NCBI GenBank assembly: GCA_963663165.1
Contig: OY760175.1
Location: 1,152,001-1,216,000 of the forward strand
Source of the DNA: an uncultured Desulfospira sp.
GTDB lineage: Bacteria > Desulfobacterota > Desulfobacteria > Desulfobacterales > Desulfobacteraceae
Direction: 5' to 3'
Length of the DNA stretch: 64,000 nucleotides
In this document: positions 1 through 10,381 of the stretch, piece after piece
Layout: every line of letters starts with the position of its first letter
How positions within the stretch are numbered: the first letter of the stretch is position 1
Translations under genes and position numbers: made by a program
Notes under the pieces: generated by a model
Database searches by the model: none
The model's input: only the letters and a program-made list of their open reading frames with translations
Told to the model about the DNA's origin: nothing

Positions 1-173
1 GAAATATTGTATTCGATAATAAAAGTTTTTTTATAGCCGAGTTGAAAAAAGGAATTCGCAAATCCGCAGCATCAGGGTTGATTTTGCTTTTTAACCGGAG
101 AGTCCATAAGTCTTTGAAAAAATAATAAAAGACTTGGGACAAGCTCTCCATAAAATAGCGGGAGGTTTACAAC

Positions 174-1193
174 ATGCAGGCGAGAAAAGTTATACCCTTT
201 TTGGCAATGGCAGTCATGTTATCGGTAACCGCTGGGATGGTAACGGCCCAGGCAAAAACAACCAAACTCACCTATGCGAACTTCTTTCCACCCTTTCACC
301 AGCAATCCGTGCTGGCTGAATCCTGGTGTAAAGAAGTTGAAAAGCGGACCAATGGCGAGGTAACCGTAGATTACTACCCGGGCTCCACCCTGGCCAAAGC
401 CCCCCAGATCTACGAGGCCGTGGCCACCGGCGTTGCCGACATCGGCATGACCTGTCTGGCCTATACCCGGGGCCGCTTCCCGGTCAGCGGCGCCATTGAT
501 CTTCCCATTGGCTATCCCGACGGAATGACGGCCACCAAAGTGGCCAATGCTGTCCTTGACAAATTTCACCCCAAGGAATTTGAGGACACCAAGGTCATGT
601 ACCTTCATGCCCACGGCCCGGGATACATCAACACCGTTGACACTGTCGTGACCAAACTCGAAGACCTTAAAGGCAAAAAAATCCGCTCCACGGGCATGAG
701 CACCATTCTGGTCACGGCATTGGGGGCCTCTCCTGTCGCCCAGAGTATGCGCGATGCCTACCAGAGCCTGCAAAAGAAAGTGGTTGACGGCTGCGCCCAT
801 CCCATTGAGGCCAACAAGGGATGGAAGCTCGGGGAAGTGGTCAAGTACTGCGTGGCGGAAAAATCCGTTGCCTATACCACGGCCATGATCGTCACCATGA
901 ACAAGGACAAATGGGCCGCACTGACCCCTGAACAGCAGAAGATCATCTCCGATATCAACCAGGAATGGATCCCCAAACACGGAAAAGCCTGGGATGATAT
1001 CGACGAAGAAGGCAAGGCCTTCTTGCTTGAAAAAGGCGGAAAAATTCTGACCCTTGACAAAGCCGAATCCGAAAGATGGCAGAAAACGGTCAGGCCCGAA
1101 CTTGATAAGTATGCAGAACAACTCAACGAAAAAGGCCTCAATGGAACTGAAGTTGTCAACTTCATCCTTGACACACTGGCGGCATCTCATTAG
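174..1193 (+). CDS. dctP: TRAP transporter substrate-binding protein (DctP family)
   Basis: Signal peptide, DLKGKKIRS motif, followed by small and large TRAP permeases. Confidence 0.92.
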   Translation: MQARKVIPFLAMAVMLSVTAGMVTAQAKTTKLTYANFFPPFHQQSVLAESWCKEVEKRTNGEVTVDYYPGSTLAKAPQIYEAVATGVADIGMTCLAYTRGRFPVSGAIDLPIGYPDGMTATKVANAVLDKFHPKEFEDTKVMYLHAHGPGYINTVDTVVTKLEDLKGKKIRSTGMSTILVTALGASPVAQSMRDAYQSLQKKVVDGCAHPIEANKGWKLGEVVKYCVAEKSVAYTTAMIVTMNKDKWAALTPEQQKIISDINQEWIPKHGKAWDDIDEEGKAFLLEKGGKILTLDKAESERWQKTVRPELDKYAEQLNEKGLNGTEVVNFILDTLAASH

Positions 1194-1213
1194 GGAATGA
1201 CAACTATGCCTAT

Positions 1214-1263
1214 GGCCGGCTCCGGCACCCCCTTAACCCGGCACTTCAACGCCGGGGCCGGCC
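1214..1263 (+). other. GC-rich stem-loop after dctP (probable mRNA-stabilising or attenuating hairpin)
   Basis: ggccggctccggc ... gccggggccggcc, 12/13 complementary. Confidence 0.5.
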
Positions 1264-1310
1264 CCCTTTCTTCTAAGCACTGACTCCCCGGAACATAAGG
1301 ATGTTTATCT

Positions 1311-1793
1311 ATGGAAAAAATCTGGACTTTATTAGATAAAATGCAGGACAAGATGAAGGCCCTTGCAGCGGTCTGTCTTATCGGCATGTGTTCGGTCACC
1401 TGTGCCGATATCTTCATGCGCAGCGTATTCAATATTCCCATCTTCGGTTCAGAGGAAATTGTTACCATATGCGCCGCCCTGGCCATTGCCCTGTCCCTGC
1501 CCTACTCCCATGTCAAAGATTCTCATATTGGTGTTGAAATACTGATACGCCTGCTGTCCAAATCCACCCAGGACCTGATCAAATTTGTAACCCGAGTCTG
1601 TTCCCTTTTGATCATGGGTGTTATCACCTGGCGGCTGTTCATTTATGCCCACGCATCCGGGGAAACCGGCGAACGCTCCATGAACCTGGAGCTGCCCATG
1701 CATTATCTGATATATGTGATGGGCTTTTGTTTCCTGATTTTCTTTTTGATGATCCTCAAAGACATTGTCCAGTTTTTTAAAGGAGGAAAATAA
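1311..1793 (+). CDS. dctQ: TRAP transporter small permease (DctQ)
   Basis: 160 aa, 4 TM segments, HIGVE motif, between dctP and dctM. Confidence 0.9.
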   Translation: MEKIWTLLDKMQDKMKALAAVCLIGMCSVTCADIFMRSVFNIPIFGSEEIVTICAALAIALSLPYSHVKDSHIGVEILIRLLSKSTQDLIKFVTRVCSLLIMGVITWRLFIYAHASGETGERSMNLELPMHYLIYVMGFCFLIFFLMILKDIVQFFKGGK

Positions 1794-1798
1794 GCCCT

Positions 1799-3112
1799 AT
1801 GAGTCCTACCACCATCGGTGTCATCGGTATTGTGATTATGCTTGCCATCTTTATGACCAAAATGCCTGTGGCCTATGTTATGACCATGGTCGGCTTTCTG
1901 GGATTCGGGATCCTGATTTCCTTTAAAGGGGCCCTGACCATGCTGCCCAGCAATTTTTATGATTCCTTTTCCTCCTATGAACTGACCACCATTCCCTTGT
2001 TTGTTCTCATGGGACAGCTGGCCTTTAACGGCGGCATCAGCCGCAAACTTTACAATACGGCCTACAGTTTCTTAGGCAATATCAAAGGCGGCCTTGCCAT
2101 GGCCACGGTGTCCACCTGTACGGCCTTTGGTGCGGTCTGCGGGTCAAGCCCGGCAACGGCGGCCACCATGGCGACCGTGGGCATGCCTGAAATGAAGCGC
2201 TTTGGGTACAGCAACTCCCTGTCCGCCGGCTCCGTGGCATCGGGCGGCGGCCTTGGCATGATCATGCCGCCGTCAGTGGTGCTGATCATTTACGGTATTT
2301 TAACCGAGCAGTCCATTGGCGCCCTTTTTGTTTCCGGCATTCTGCCGGCATTTTTAATGACCTTTTTGTTTATCACCTGTGTGTATGTTACCTGTAAAAT
2401 AGACCCGTCCCATGGGCCCAGGGGCGAAAAGTTCACCTTGAGCCAGAAGGTCAAAGCCCTGGCAGGCCTTGCCGACACCCTTATCGTATTCGGCGTGGTC
2501 ATGAGCGGTCTGTTTTACGGGTTTTTCACCCCCACGGAATCGGCAGCCGTCGGGGTCCTCGGGGTGCTGGTGGTCTCTTTGATCAGAAAGCAGCTGACCT
2601 GGCACGCCTTTGTGAAATCCTTATATGAGACCCTTGAGACATCGGCCATGATCATGTTCCTCATCGCAGGGGCCGTGATCTTCGGCAAATTCCTGGCCGT
2701 CACACGGATTCCCTTTGAGGTGGCCACCTGGGTGGCGGGCATGGACATGCCGGCCATCGGCATTATGGGGGTGATCATTTTGATCTACTTTGTGGGCGGA
2801 TGTTTCATGGACTCTTTGGGACTGATCATGCTCACCATCCCCATCTTTTATCCCATTGTGGTCAACCTAGGGTATGACCCCATCTGGTTTGGGGTCATTA
2901 TTGTGCTGATAACGGAAATGGGGGTGATCACCCCGCCGGTGGGCATCAACGTCTATGTGGTCTACGGGGTTTCCCGAAACATTGTTCCCGATATTTACCT
3001 TGAGGACATTTTTAAGGGCATCCTACCCTTTTTGCTGGCAACGGCCATCGGCATTGTTATTTTGATCATCTTTCCACAAATCATATTGTTTTTACCCAGG
3101 TTAATGTATTAA
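1799..3112 (+). CDS. dctM: TRAP transporter large permease (DctM)
   Basis: IPLFVLMG, IMPPSV, FTPTES and ITPPVG motifs. Confidence 0.93.
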   Translation: MSPTTIGVIGIVIMLAIFMTKMPVAYVMTMVGFLGFGILISFKGALTMLPSNFYDSFSSYELTTIPLFVLMGQLAFNGGISRKLYNTAYSFLGNIKGGLAMATVSTCTAFGAVCGSSPATAATMATVGMPEMKRFGYSNSLSAGSVASGGGLGMIMPPSVVLIIYGILTEQSIGALFVSGILPAFLMTFLFITCVYVTCKIDPSHGPRGEKFTLSQKVKALAGLADTLIVFGVVMSGLFYGFFTPTESAAVGVLGVLVVSLIRKQLTWHAFVKSLYETLETSAMIMFLIAGAVIFGKFLAVTRIPFEVATWVAGMDMPAIGIMGVIILIYFVGGCFMDSLGLIMLTIPIFYPIVVNLGYDPIWFGVIIVLITEMGVITPPVGINVYVVYGVSRNIVPDIYLEDIFKGILPFLLATAIGIVILIIFPQIILFLPRLMY

Positions 3113-3210
3113 TATATCCTTTTTTTAAGTAAAAGATTAATACAAACCCTTTTGACCGGGCACCGGCAAACCGTCTTGCCAGTGCCTGGGCCGTTGCGGA
3201 GACAACCCCT

Positions 3211-4161
3211 ATGACTGTTTTTCTGACTATTCTTGAATCGGTTGGTGTACTTCTTGGCCTGGGCGCCCTTGGATTTTACATTATCAGCAAACGAATCATG
3301 CCTGGAAATATTCTGGGATTCATCTCTCCTCTGGCCCTGGACATTGCCCTGCCCTGCCTCATTTTTGTCAGCATCACGAAAAACTTTACCCTGGAGGCGT
3401 TTCCCAACTGGTGGGCCATTCCCTTATGGTGGATCTTTTTTACCGTCCTGGCCCTTGGCTTAAGCATTCTGGGCGCCAAATTTGTCTCTCAGGAAAGCAC
3501 CCGGGAAGAATTCGCCATCAGCCTGTTTTACCAGAACGGCATTTTCTTTCCCCTGGCCGTTATCGCAGGCCTGTTTGGGGACGGCAGCCCCTACCTGGTG
3601 ATGCTGTTCCTTTTTATATCCTTTCATCCGGCCCTGTTTTTCAGCACCTACCGATTCTTCTTCAGCAACCGGACCAATGAAGAAATCAACTGGAAGCGAA
3701 TCATTCACCCGGTCCTGATCATGACCGGGGTTGCCCTGCTGCTGAAACTGGTACACTTAAGCCAGTTTATCCCAGATTTTATCATTTCCTCGTTTTCCAT
3801 TATCGGGGCCATGGCCCTGCCCCTGGTCATGATCATTCTCGGGGGAAATATTTTTATGGATTTCAAGGAAAAAGGCGTGTTCCAGCACAAGGAAATCATT
3901 AAATTCGTCCTGGTAAAGAATTTCATATTTCCGTTGTTCTTTCTTGTGGTGCTGCTGATCCTCCGGCCAGGCTACCCCATTGCCCTGATCATGTTCCTGC
4001 AAAGCACGGTGCCCCCGATCACGGCCATCCCCATTGTTACCCAGCGCCAGGGAGGTAATTTTAAAATCACCAACCAGTATATTGTGGCCAGCTACGTCAG
4101 CCTGATGATCTCCATCCCGTTGATGTTTTCGTTGTTCAGCGTCTTCTTTCCGGCACCTTAA
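3211..4161 (+). CDS. AEC (auxin efflux carrier/malate permease) family transporter
   Basis: 316 aa, about 10 TM segments, IALPCLIF and N-x-x-F-x-P-L motifs. Confidence 0.8.
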   Translation: MTVFLTILESVGVLLGLGALGFYIISKRIMPGNILGFISPLALDIALPCLIFVSITKNFTLEAFPNWWAIPLWWIFFTVLALGLSILGAKFVSQESTREEFAISLFYQNGIFFPLAVIAGLFGDGSPYLVMLFLFISFHPALFFSTYRFFFSNRTNEEINWKRIIHPVLIMTGVALLLKLVHLSQFIPDFIISSFSIIGAMALPLVMIILGGNIFMDFKEKGVFQHKEIIKFVLVKNFIFPLFFLVVLLILRPGYPIALIMFLQSTVPPITAIPIVTQRQGGNFKITNQYIVASYVSLMISIPLMFSLFSVFFPAP

Positions 4162-4546
4162 AAGAAGCGACAGTCCCTATTGTCGTGGTAAAAGCCATGC
4201 TTGAAACCGGGTTTGGCAAGGCAACGGCAAATATCTGGCCGTTTATCTGACCTGAAATCCGGGGCACTATTGTTGATGAGGCCCGGAAAAGAGGTCTGCC
4301 GCTGTGCGTCCATGCCGATAAAAGCAACGAACAGGGAATCGGACTTGATATGGGAGTTCACAGCTTTGCCCATAGCGGCTTGGCCCGTTTAAGATCCATG
4401 GGCGCAAAAGGGTGTGTCCTTGTGGGACTGCCCACTTATTATCACCGGTTTGGCTTTGGAAACCATCCTGTTTAGACGGTACGCTGGCCGATGGCGCAGG
4501 TTTCAATGCGGATGGCGTATCTTAAAGAAAGAGGACGGCTTTAATT

Positions 4547-5038
4547 TTAAACGGCGTCTAAAAATTTGCGGGGCAGCTTTTCGGCGTTAAGGTAATCAAC
4601 CGCCTCATAAATGGTCTGCTTATGATCGGTTACCATTAATTTAGAGGTGCCATGGGCCAGTAGTTTGCCGCCCTGGTTGACCATCTGAGCTTCTGTGAGA
4701 AACAGGGTTTTTCCTGATTTAACTCTTTTCCCTGTGACTATGGCGGCTTCATCAATAACCGGTGCCAGCAGATCCACCTTCAGGTCAATGGTGATCAACC
4801 CCTGGGTTTCCTCAAGGTCGCAGTAAGCAGACCAGAATGCCGCCGTGTCAATGGCACAAGAGTATACGCCGCCATGAACGCCGCCAAAAGGATTCATATG
4901 CCGGTTGCCGATGGATACCACCCCTTGAGAAAATCCGTTATCGAGTTTGGTAACACGCATTGCCAGATGTTTGAAAAAAGGCGCTTTATTGATCATCTCA
5001 ATCACTGATGTTAAATGTTCCTGATTAATCGGCGGCAT
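4547..5038 (-). CDS. PaaI-family (hotdog fold) thioesterase
   Basis: NPFGGVHGG...D motif. Confidence 0.88.
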   Translation of the reverse strand: MPPINQEHLTSVIEMINKAPFFKHLAMRVTKLDNGFSQGVVSIGNRHMNPFGGVHGGVYSCAIDTAAFWSAYCDLEETQGLITIDLKVDLLAPVIDEAAIVTGKRVKSGKTLFLTEAQMVNQGGKLLAHGTSKLMVTDHKQTIYEAVDYLNAEKLPRKFLDAV

Positions 5039-5089
5039 TTTATTCCTCCGTTTTGAGTGAAATCATCCAAGGTCCGAATATTTACCCTT

Positions 5090-5515
5090 TTAAAATTTAT
5101 GGATCATGGATCTGAGCACTTTTGAAAATGAGCTTATTTCCTCCCGGGTAAAGCCTTGGGCGATCTGGTCGTTAATGCGTTTGATAATTGCCCGGGCCTT
5201 TGCCAGCTCATTTTTCCCCGCTTGAGTGATCCGGATATTCCACCGTCTTCTGTCTTGGGGATCTGAAATCCGTTCAACCAATTTTTTGGCCTCAAGCCTG
5301 TCCACCAGGCCTGTTACAGTGGAATTCTTGATATCTAGAATTTTGCTCAGGTCATTCATGGATTTTCGCCCTTCTAAAAGCGAAAACATGATGCCTGTGT
5401 GGGCCGGTGTAATCTGAACGCCGCTGTCTTTATACGCTTGAACAAGATGGTTTTTCAGCCGGTGCTGTGCCGACAGGGTTAAAAAAATCAGCCGGTTGTC
5501 TTCTCCACTGGACAT
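5090..5515 (-). CDS. MarR-family transcriptional regulator
   Basis: STVTGLVDRLE...DPQDRR wHTH signature. Confidence 0.9.
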   Translation of the reverse strand: MSSGEDNRLIFLTLSAQHRLKNHLVQAYKDSGVQITPAHTGIMFSLLEGRKSMNDLSKILDIKNSTVTGLVDRLEAKKLVERISDPQDRRRWNIRITQAGKNELAKARAIIKRINDQIAQGFTREEISSFSKVLRSMIHKF

Positions 5516-5552
5516 GGCCGTCTCTCCTTTGTGAATTTGTACTTTATATATA

Positions 5553-5574
5553 AATATTTAGCATGCTAAATATT
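5553..5574. promoter_or_regulatory. Perfect 22-bp palindrome, probable MarR operator
   Basis: aatatttagcatgctaaatatt, about 40 bp upstream of the marR start. Confidence 0.65.
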
Positions 5575-5664
5575 GTCAAGCTAAATTTTTTATCCCCGTC
5601 CCGGCCTGACCATCTTGTTTGGGATCAACCGTATATGGCCGGGGCAAAGACCGGCATCCGCCAT

Positions 5665-5696
5665 AAAAAATATCACCCGAACGGGTGATGTTTTTT
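5665..5696. terminator. Bidirectional intrinsic terminator-like hairpin
   Basis: aaaaaa-tatcaccc-gaac-gggtgatg-tttttt. Confidence 0.6.
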
Positions 5697-5698
5697 AA

Positions 5699-6052
5699 AG
5701 ATGCAACAATCCTCTGGAGGTCTGCCTGCTGTTTAACGGGGTTGCTAAAGCTTTAATAAAAAAGAAAAAAGCGCGGTCAGTTGATCTTGAAGAAGCCTCA
5801 AAAATCATTAAAAAAGCCAATGAATGCGGTCTGGTGCATTTAAGTCTTTACATGCCGGACCATCAGATTTATGCATTGTGCAGTTGCTGTTCATGCTGCT
5901 GCCATGATTTACAAATTGTCAAAAAATACAACCGGGACGACCTGATGGCCGGGTCTGATTATATCGCTGTTACGGATAAAAATATGTGCATAAATTGTGG
6001 TGAATGCATTGACTTATGTGTGTTTGATGCCCGGTTCAGGCCATTGATATGA
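5699..6052 (+). pseudogene. 5'-truncated 4Fe-4S binding protein fragment
   Basis: Open frame RCNNPLEVCL...CSCCSCCCH...CINCGECIDLCVF with no proper start; ends after one ferredoxin motif. Confidence 0.6.
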
Positions 6053-6068
6053 AAGACAAGTGCGCCGG

Positions 6069-6944
6069 TTAAACAACTGGCAAGGCGCTGACAATGAATT
6101 CATCTAAAGGCACCCGGCTCTCCCATTGGGGCAGCCGGGCGTTTGGCCCTTCGATTTCCACCAGCGCCGGCACCCGGTCCGCAAGGCCGTTGATCCTGGC
6201 CCACAATGTTGTATCTCCCCAGAATTGCGGCGGGGTATCTGCTGCGGCGACTGAGGCAAAAATTTCATCCGGTGTCCGGCACCCCCCGTGGACCGCTTCA
6301 AGGGCCAGACGTTCAAGCCTCCCCAGGCCGGTTACAGGATCGGGCTGTTCGGCCAGCCATCGCGCTGCTGCGGCCGGCATAAAGGGCAACGGGGGGGATG
6401 CCGTTTGGGACAGCTCCGTTAACAAAGCGAAGTCCTGGAGGGCGAACGCCTCATCCGCCAACACCGCAAATTCAAATTGTTCACCGGAGACCGGGCGCCG
6501 GCTGTCATAAAGCGAAGCGAACTGCTCAGGCTGCAATTGCCCAAGCCCGTGAAATGGCTGTATCCCGGGAAAGGCATTCACACAAATAAGATCAACGTTC
6601 CGGATTTGCGTTAAGGATAAGCACGCCAGGATATGGGCCAGCATGGACTGGTCAAACAGACAGGCGTCAAACCAGAGGACCACCCGGTCATAAGATGCGG
6701 CTTTGGCAAGCTTCTGGTATTGATCATGAAATGTTTCCAGAATAAAGTTCATGACCAGGCCTCCTGCCGTGAAATTTTCCAGGAACAGGGCACGGGCCTT
6801 AAGAATATCCTCATTTGGCCAGCCCGGTTGCCTGGGGCCGTCATAGAGAATGTCATGCCAGACCAGCACCTCCCCTTCAAGGCCTGCCTTGGAAAGGCTT
6901 TTTCCGGCTATGTCCCCGCTGGTGATATGAAAAACCTTTGGCAT
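6069..6944 (-). CDS. DUF1835-like protein
   Basis: HITSGD...VLVWHDILYDGP N-terminus and VLWFDACLFDQ motif. Confidence 0.7.
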   Translation of the reverse strand: MPKVFHITSGDIAGKSLSKAGLEGEVLVWHDILYDGPRQPGWPNEDILKARALFLENFTAGGLVMNFILETFHDQYQKLAKAASYDRVVLWFDACLFDQSMLAHILACLSLTQIRNVDLICVNAFPGIQPFHGLGQLQPEQFASLYDSRRPVSGEQFEFAVLADEAFALQDFALLTELSQTASPPLPFMPAAAARWLAEQPDPVTGLGRLERLALEAVHGGCRTPDEIFASVAAADTPPQFWGDTTLWARINGLADRVPALVEIEGPNARLPQWESRVPLDEFIVSALPVV

Positions 6945-7269
6945 TTTTTCCCCCTTATTTTCAATTTGCTATGATAGCTTGCAAAATAATGTCATTAAAC
7001 CAGACAAGGTCATGATACCGGTCTGCAAAGAAAAAATATACCCCCAATATTTTCCAAATAACCGGGAGCTTTCTAGGCACCATGATGGAAACTTTTGCAC
7101 CAAATCGCCGACAACATAAGATGACAAAATAATATGTTTTAACGAAAAGCCACCCATCTACTGTATTGCAGGAAAAATGGCAATCCTTACACCCCCTTGG
7201 TTGCTCCGGTTGCCACTTTGCCTGCGCCTTTCATCTTAATCAACTTTTTGCCCAAACACGGGGTTTCCG

Positions 7270-7504
7270 TTCAGGCACTATCTATTTAAATTTCATCCGG
7301 TTCATCGAGAAACTTCATACGATCTACGGCGGAGAACAATGCTGTCCTTTTCAATATATCATCACAACCACAACGGCCCCGCCTGAAGAATTAAAGGATA
7401 CGGACCGGGTAAAGCAGACCTTAAATGCAGGCCATGAAGATGGCCTGCTGCTGAAAAAAGATATTTTTCTGGCACCTGAACCCGTTAACCTTTTTGGGAG
7501 TTAA
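7270..7504 (+). pseudogene. Possible C-terminal remnant of an SMC-like ABC ATPase (ABC three-component type)
   Basis: PFQYIITTTTAPPEEL...LLLKKDI resembles the C-terminus of such ATPases (recalled motif); no N-terminal part present. Confidence 0.35.
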
Positions 7505-7506
7505 AT

Positions 7507-8288
7507 ATGGCAAAAAAGAAAGAACCCGAAAACAAACCGGTCCCGGTTCCGGCAACATCCGACTTTATCCTCTACACATCCGGTTCCGGGGATGTGAGGG
7601 TGGACGTTTTTTTTCACGATGAATCGGTCTGGATGACCCAAAAAAAAATAGGAGGGCTCTTTGAAAAAGAGAGAAGCGTCATTACCAAGCATTTAAAAAA
7701 TATATTCCAGACCGGTGAACTGGAAGAAGAATCAGTATGTGCAAATTTTGCACGTACTGCGGCAGACGGAAAAACATACCAGACCAAATACTACAATCTG
7801 GACGCCATCATCTCCGTAGGCTACCGTGTAAACTCATATAAAGCCACACAATTTCGCATCTGGGCAACCCGGACATTAAAAGAATACATCATCAAGGGCT
7901 TTATCCTGGACGATGAACGCTTAAAGCAGGGTAAACAGGTCTTTGGAAAAGACTATTTTGATGAACTGATAGAACGCATCCGGGAAATCCGGGCCAGTGA
8001 AAGACGCTTTTACCAGAAAATCACCGATATTTATGCGCTGTCCGCCGATTACGACAAACAGGCACCCACGACAAAAGAGTTCTTTGCAACGGTTCAAAAC
8101 AAATTGCATTGGGCCATTTCAGGAAAAACAGCTACCCGATTCTGAAGGACAAAGGAAAGGTAAGTGCCCTGGAAGCCAAACTCAAGGCCGAACAGGAGTA
8201 CGAAATTTACCGGAAAATCCAGGATGAAAATTACCTCTCTGATTTTGATCAGGAAATAAAACGGATTCAGGGCAAAAAGAACGAATAG
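7507..8288 (+). pseudogene. rhuM: RhuM-family DNA-binding protein with internal deletion and frameshift
   Basis: YNLDAIISVGYRVNS, IREIRASERRFYQK, FFATVQNKLHWA. At about 8133 it jumps to the family C-terminus (YPILKDKGKVSALEAKLKAEQEY...SDFD) in another frame, stop at 8286-8288. Confidence 0.8.
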
Positions 8289-8396
8289 CTGATTTTCCAC
8301 AGGACAAAAAACAGCCATGAACACACTGGAGCGCGCGTTAATAGAAAAAACAGGCCGGGAGCACGGATGGGAAAATACTCTGACCAGTGATGAACA

Positions 8397-10381
8397 ATCG
8401 GGTAGCCGGGGGTTTTTTAATCCCCCAGCCCCCACAACACCCTGCATGCGGGTCCGCACAGGGCGTTTCATCAAAATTACCGGGCCGTGGCCGGGTAATG
8501 AATTTTCACCCACTGATCTTTGACAGATATTAACCCTTGTTCCATCAGCCATTTATTGGTCATTCCCGATTGCGTAGCCATGGTCCTGGAAAGATGCCAA
8601 GGACCTCTTCGGCTGAGTGCCGTCATGATGGCCTGTCTTTTGGATGTTCCCAGCTTAAGAAGATTTCGGACTTTGGTCCGGACGTAGCGCCACTGTTTCC
8701 AGTAACACATCCGTATCCGGCGACGGAGCCATTCATCTATCAACGGGATAGGACGATAGTACTCCGAGATCCCGTAATAGTTCATCCAGCCCCGCACATA
8801 TTCCGCTAACTTCTTGTACCGGTACTCCATTGACACAAACCAGCTCCTTCCGCTAAACAGGCGCAAGCGTCGCTTGAACTCCTGAAAGGATTTATCACTC
8901 CATCTGATTTTGCCGTTTACAAAGACAAACCCAAGAAAACCGCACTCCTTCACCGGAGCGACTTTGCTTTTCTTCTCGTTGACCTGGAGCCGCAGCTTAC
9001 GTTCGAGGAATTTTCGGATACTGGTCATCACGCGGTTTCCGGCACGCTGGCTTTTCACCATGATGATGAAGTCGTCGGCGTACCGGACAAAACGATGGCC
9101 GCGTTTTTCCAATTCCTTGTCAAGATCGTCAAGAAGAATATTTGCGAGCAGCGGTGAAAGTGGGCCGCCCTGGGGAACGCCGGCGGGCGTTGCCTGGAGG
9201 CTGCCGTTGACCATCACACCGGCCCTGAGATATTTACCGATAAGCTTGAGAACCCTCTTATCTTTAATCTGACGGGAAACTCTTACCATAAGGACATCGT
9301 GATCAACTTTATCGAAAAACTTCGACAAGTCGGTATCCACAGCCACTGTGTAGCCCTGTCCGATGAATTGTTTGACCCGTCTTACACCGTCATGGGCCGA
9401 TCGACCAGGTCTGAAACCGCAACTTGATTCTGAAAACAACGGATCAAATATGCGCCCCATAACCTGGGCTATGGCTTGCTGGATGACGCGATCCAGCACG
9501 GTTGGAATGCCCAGGGGACGTTTACTGCCGTCCGGTTTGAGTATCTCAACTCGTAGAACAGGAGAAGGGGCATATGTCCCTTCAAAAAGGCTTGAACGTA
9601 TTTGAGGCCACAACTCTCGGAAGGTGCCCGGAAAATTCTCAACGGTTACGCCGTCGATTCCAGGGGCTCCCTTGTTGGCCCGCACCTGCTTCCAGGCTTG
9701 GCCAACATTCTTTGTACTTAGAATACGCTCCAGTAGTTGATCTTCCGGGAACTGTTTTTCCACAGCACCGCCATACACTACTCCCCCGTTCGGGTTCACT
9801 GTACGTATAAGATTCCATGGACACATATTTCCCTCCTTGATGTTCGGCCCTTCACCATGTCCGGGGCATTACCCCCGGCGTTGGGCTAATATGGCCTTTG
9901 CTGACTTCTGCCCTGTCACCCAACAAGTTACCCTGTAAGGCGCAATGGAACTTCTTTTGCAGGTGCTGCCCATCATTCGTTCATCATCACCGTCGGCAGC
10001 AGCCGGTAATGCCTGGACCTTGGTATCCCGGTGGTCCGGGCCGGGAGTTGCTGCAAGAGAGATTCAATGCCGGCAAGACAGATCTCCCCGGATAAGAACG
10101 TGAACTGTCACTACACAACCGCAGCATTTACCCTGTCTCCTGAATCCTGGGCTTCGACATGTTGCACCCTAAAGGGCAGGCCTGCTGCCTTGCCCGGAGA
10201 CCAGGCCTTATATGCTGTTTCTGTTCGTCGGCTCATAGTTTTGCACTCCAACTTCCTTCAGACGGTCCCTCGCGGTTCCGCCCTTGTTTTCGGCTAATAC
10301 TTCTGATAATGCTGTATGCATTAACAGGATTCACGTATAGGGGACTTTCACCCCATTAGTTCACGCCCATGCCGGGCGTAC
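8397..10381 (-). mobile_element. Group II intron, class IIC (1985 nt)
   Basis: 5' end GUACGCCCGGCAUGGGCG...GGUGAAAGUCCC; domain V with CGC triad at about 8434-8469; domain VI ending ...CUACCCGAU; encodes an RT. Confidence 0.92.
8477..9826 (-). CDS. ltrA: Group II intron reverse transcriptase/maturase without endonuclease domain (true start may be about 20 codons downstream)
   Basis: NKGAPGIDG, RPLGIPTVLDR, PQGGPLSPLL, RYADDF, maturase RGWMNYY. Confidence 0.95.
   Translation of the reverse strand: MCPWNLIRTVNPNGGVVYGGAVEKQFPEDQLLERILSTKNVGQAWKQVRANKGAPGIDGVTVENFPGTFRELWPQIRSSLFEGTYAPSPVLRVEILKPDGSKRPLGIPTVLDRVIQQAIAQVMGRIFDPLFSESSCGFRPGRSAHDGVRRVKQFIGQGYTVAVDTDLSKFFDKVDHDVLMVRVSRQIKDKRVLKLIGKYLRAGVMVNGSLQATPAGVPQGGPLSPLLANILLDDLDKELEKRGHRFVRYADDFIIMVKSQRAGNRVMTSIRKFLERKLRLQVNEKKSKVAPVKECGFLGFVFVNGKIRWSDKSFQEFKRRLRLFSGRSWFVSMEYRYKKLAEYVRGWMNYYGISEYYRPIPLIDEWLRRRIRMCYWKQWRYVRTKVRNLLKLGTSKRQAIMTALSRRGPWHLSRTMATQSGMTNKWLMEQGLISVKDQWVKIHYPATAR

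Noticed and set aside
4158..4506. Short ORFs between the AEC and thioesterase genes
   Set aside because: No recognisable motifs or RBS; treated as intergenic
8477..9826. RT as a retron, DGR or defence RT
   Set aside because: Intron domains V/VI, a IIC-type 5' end and a maturase domain identify a group II intron
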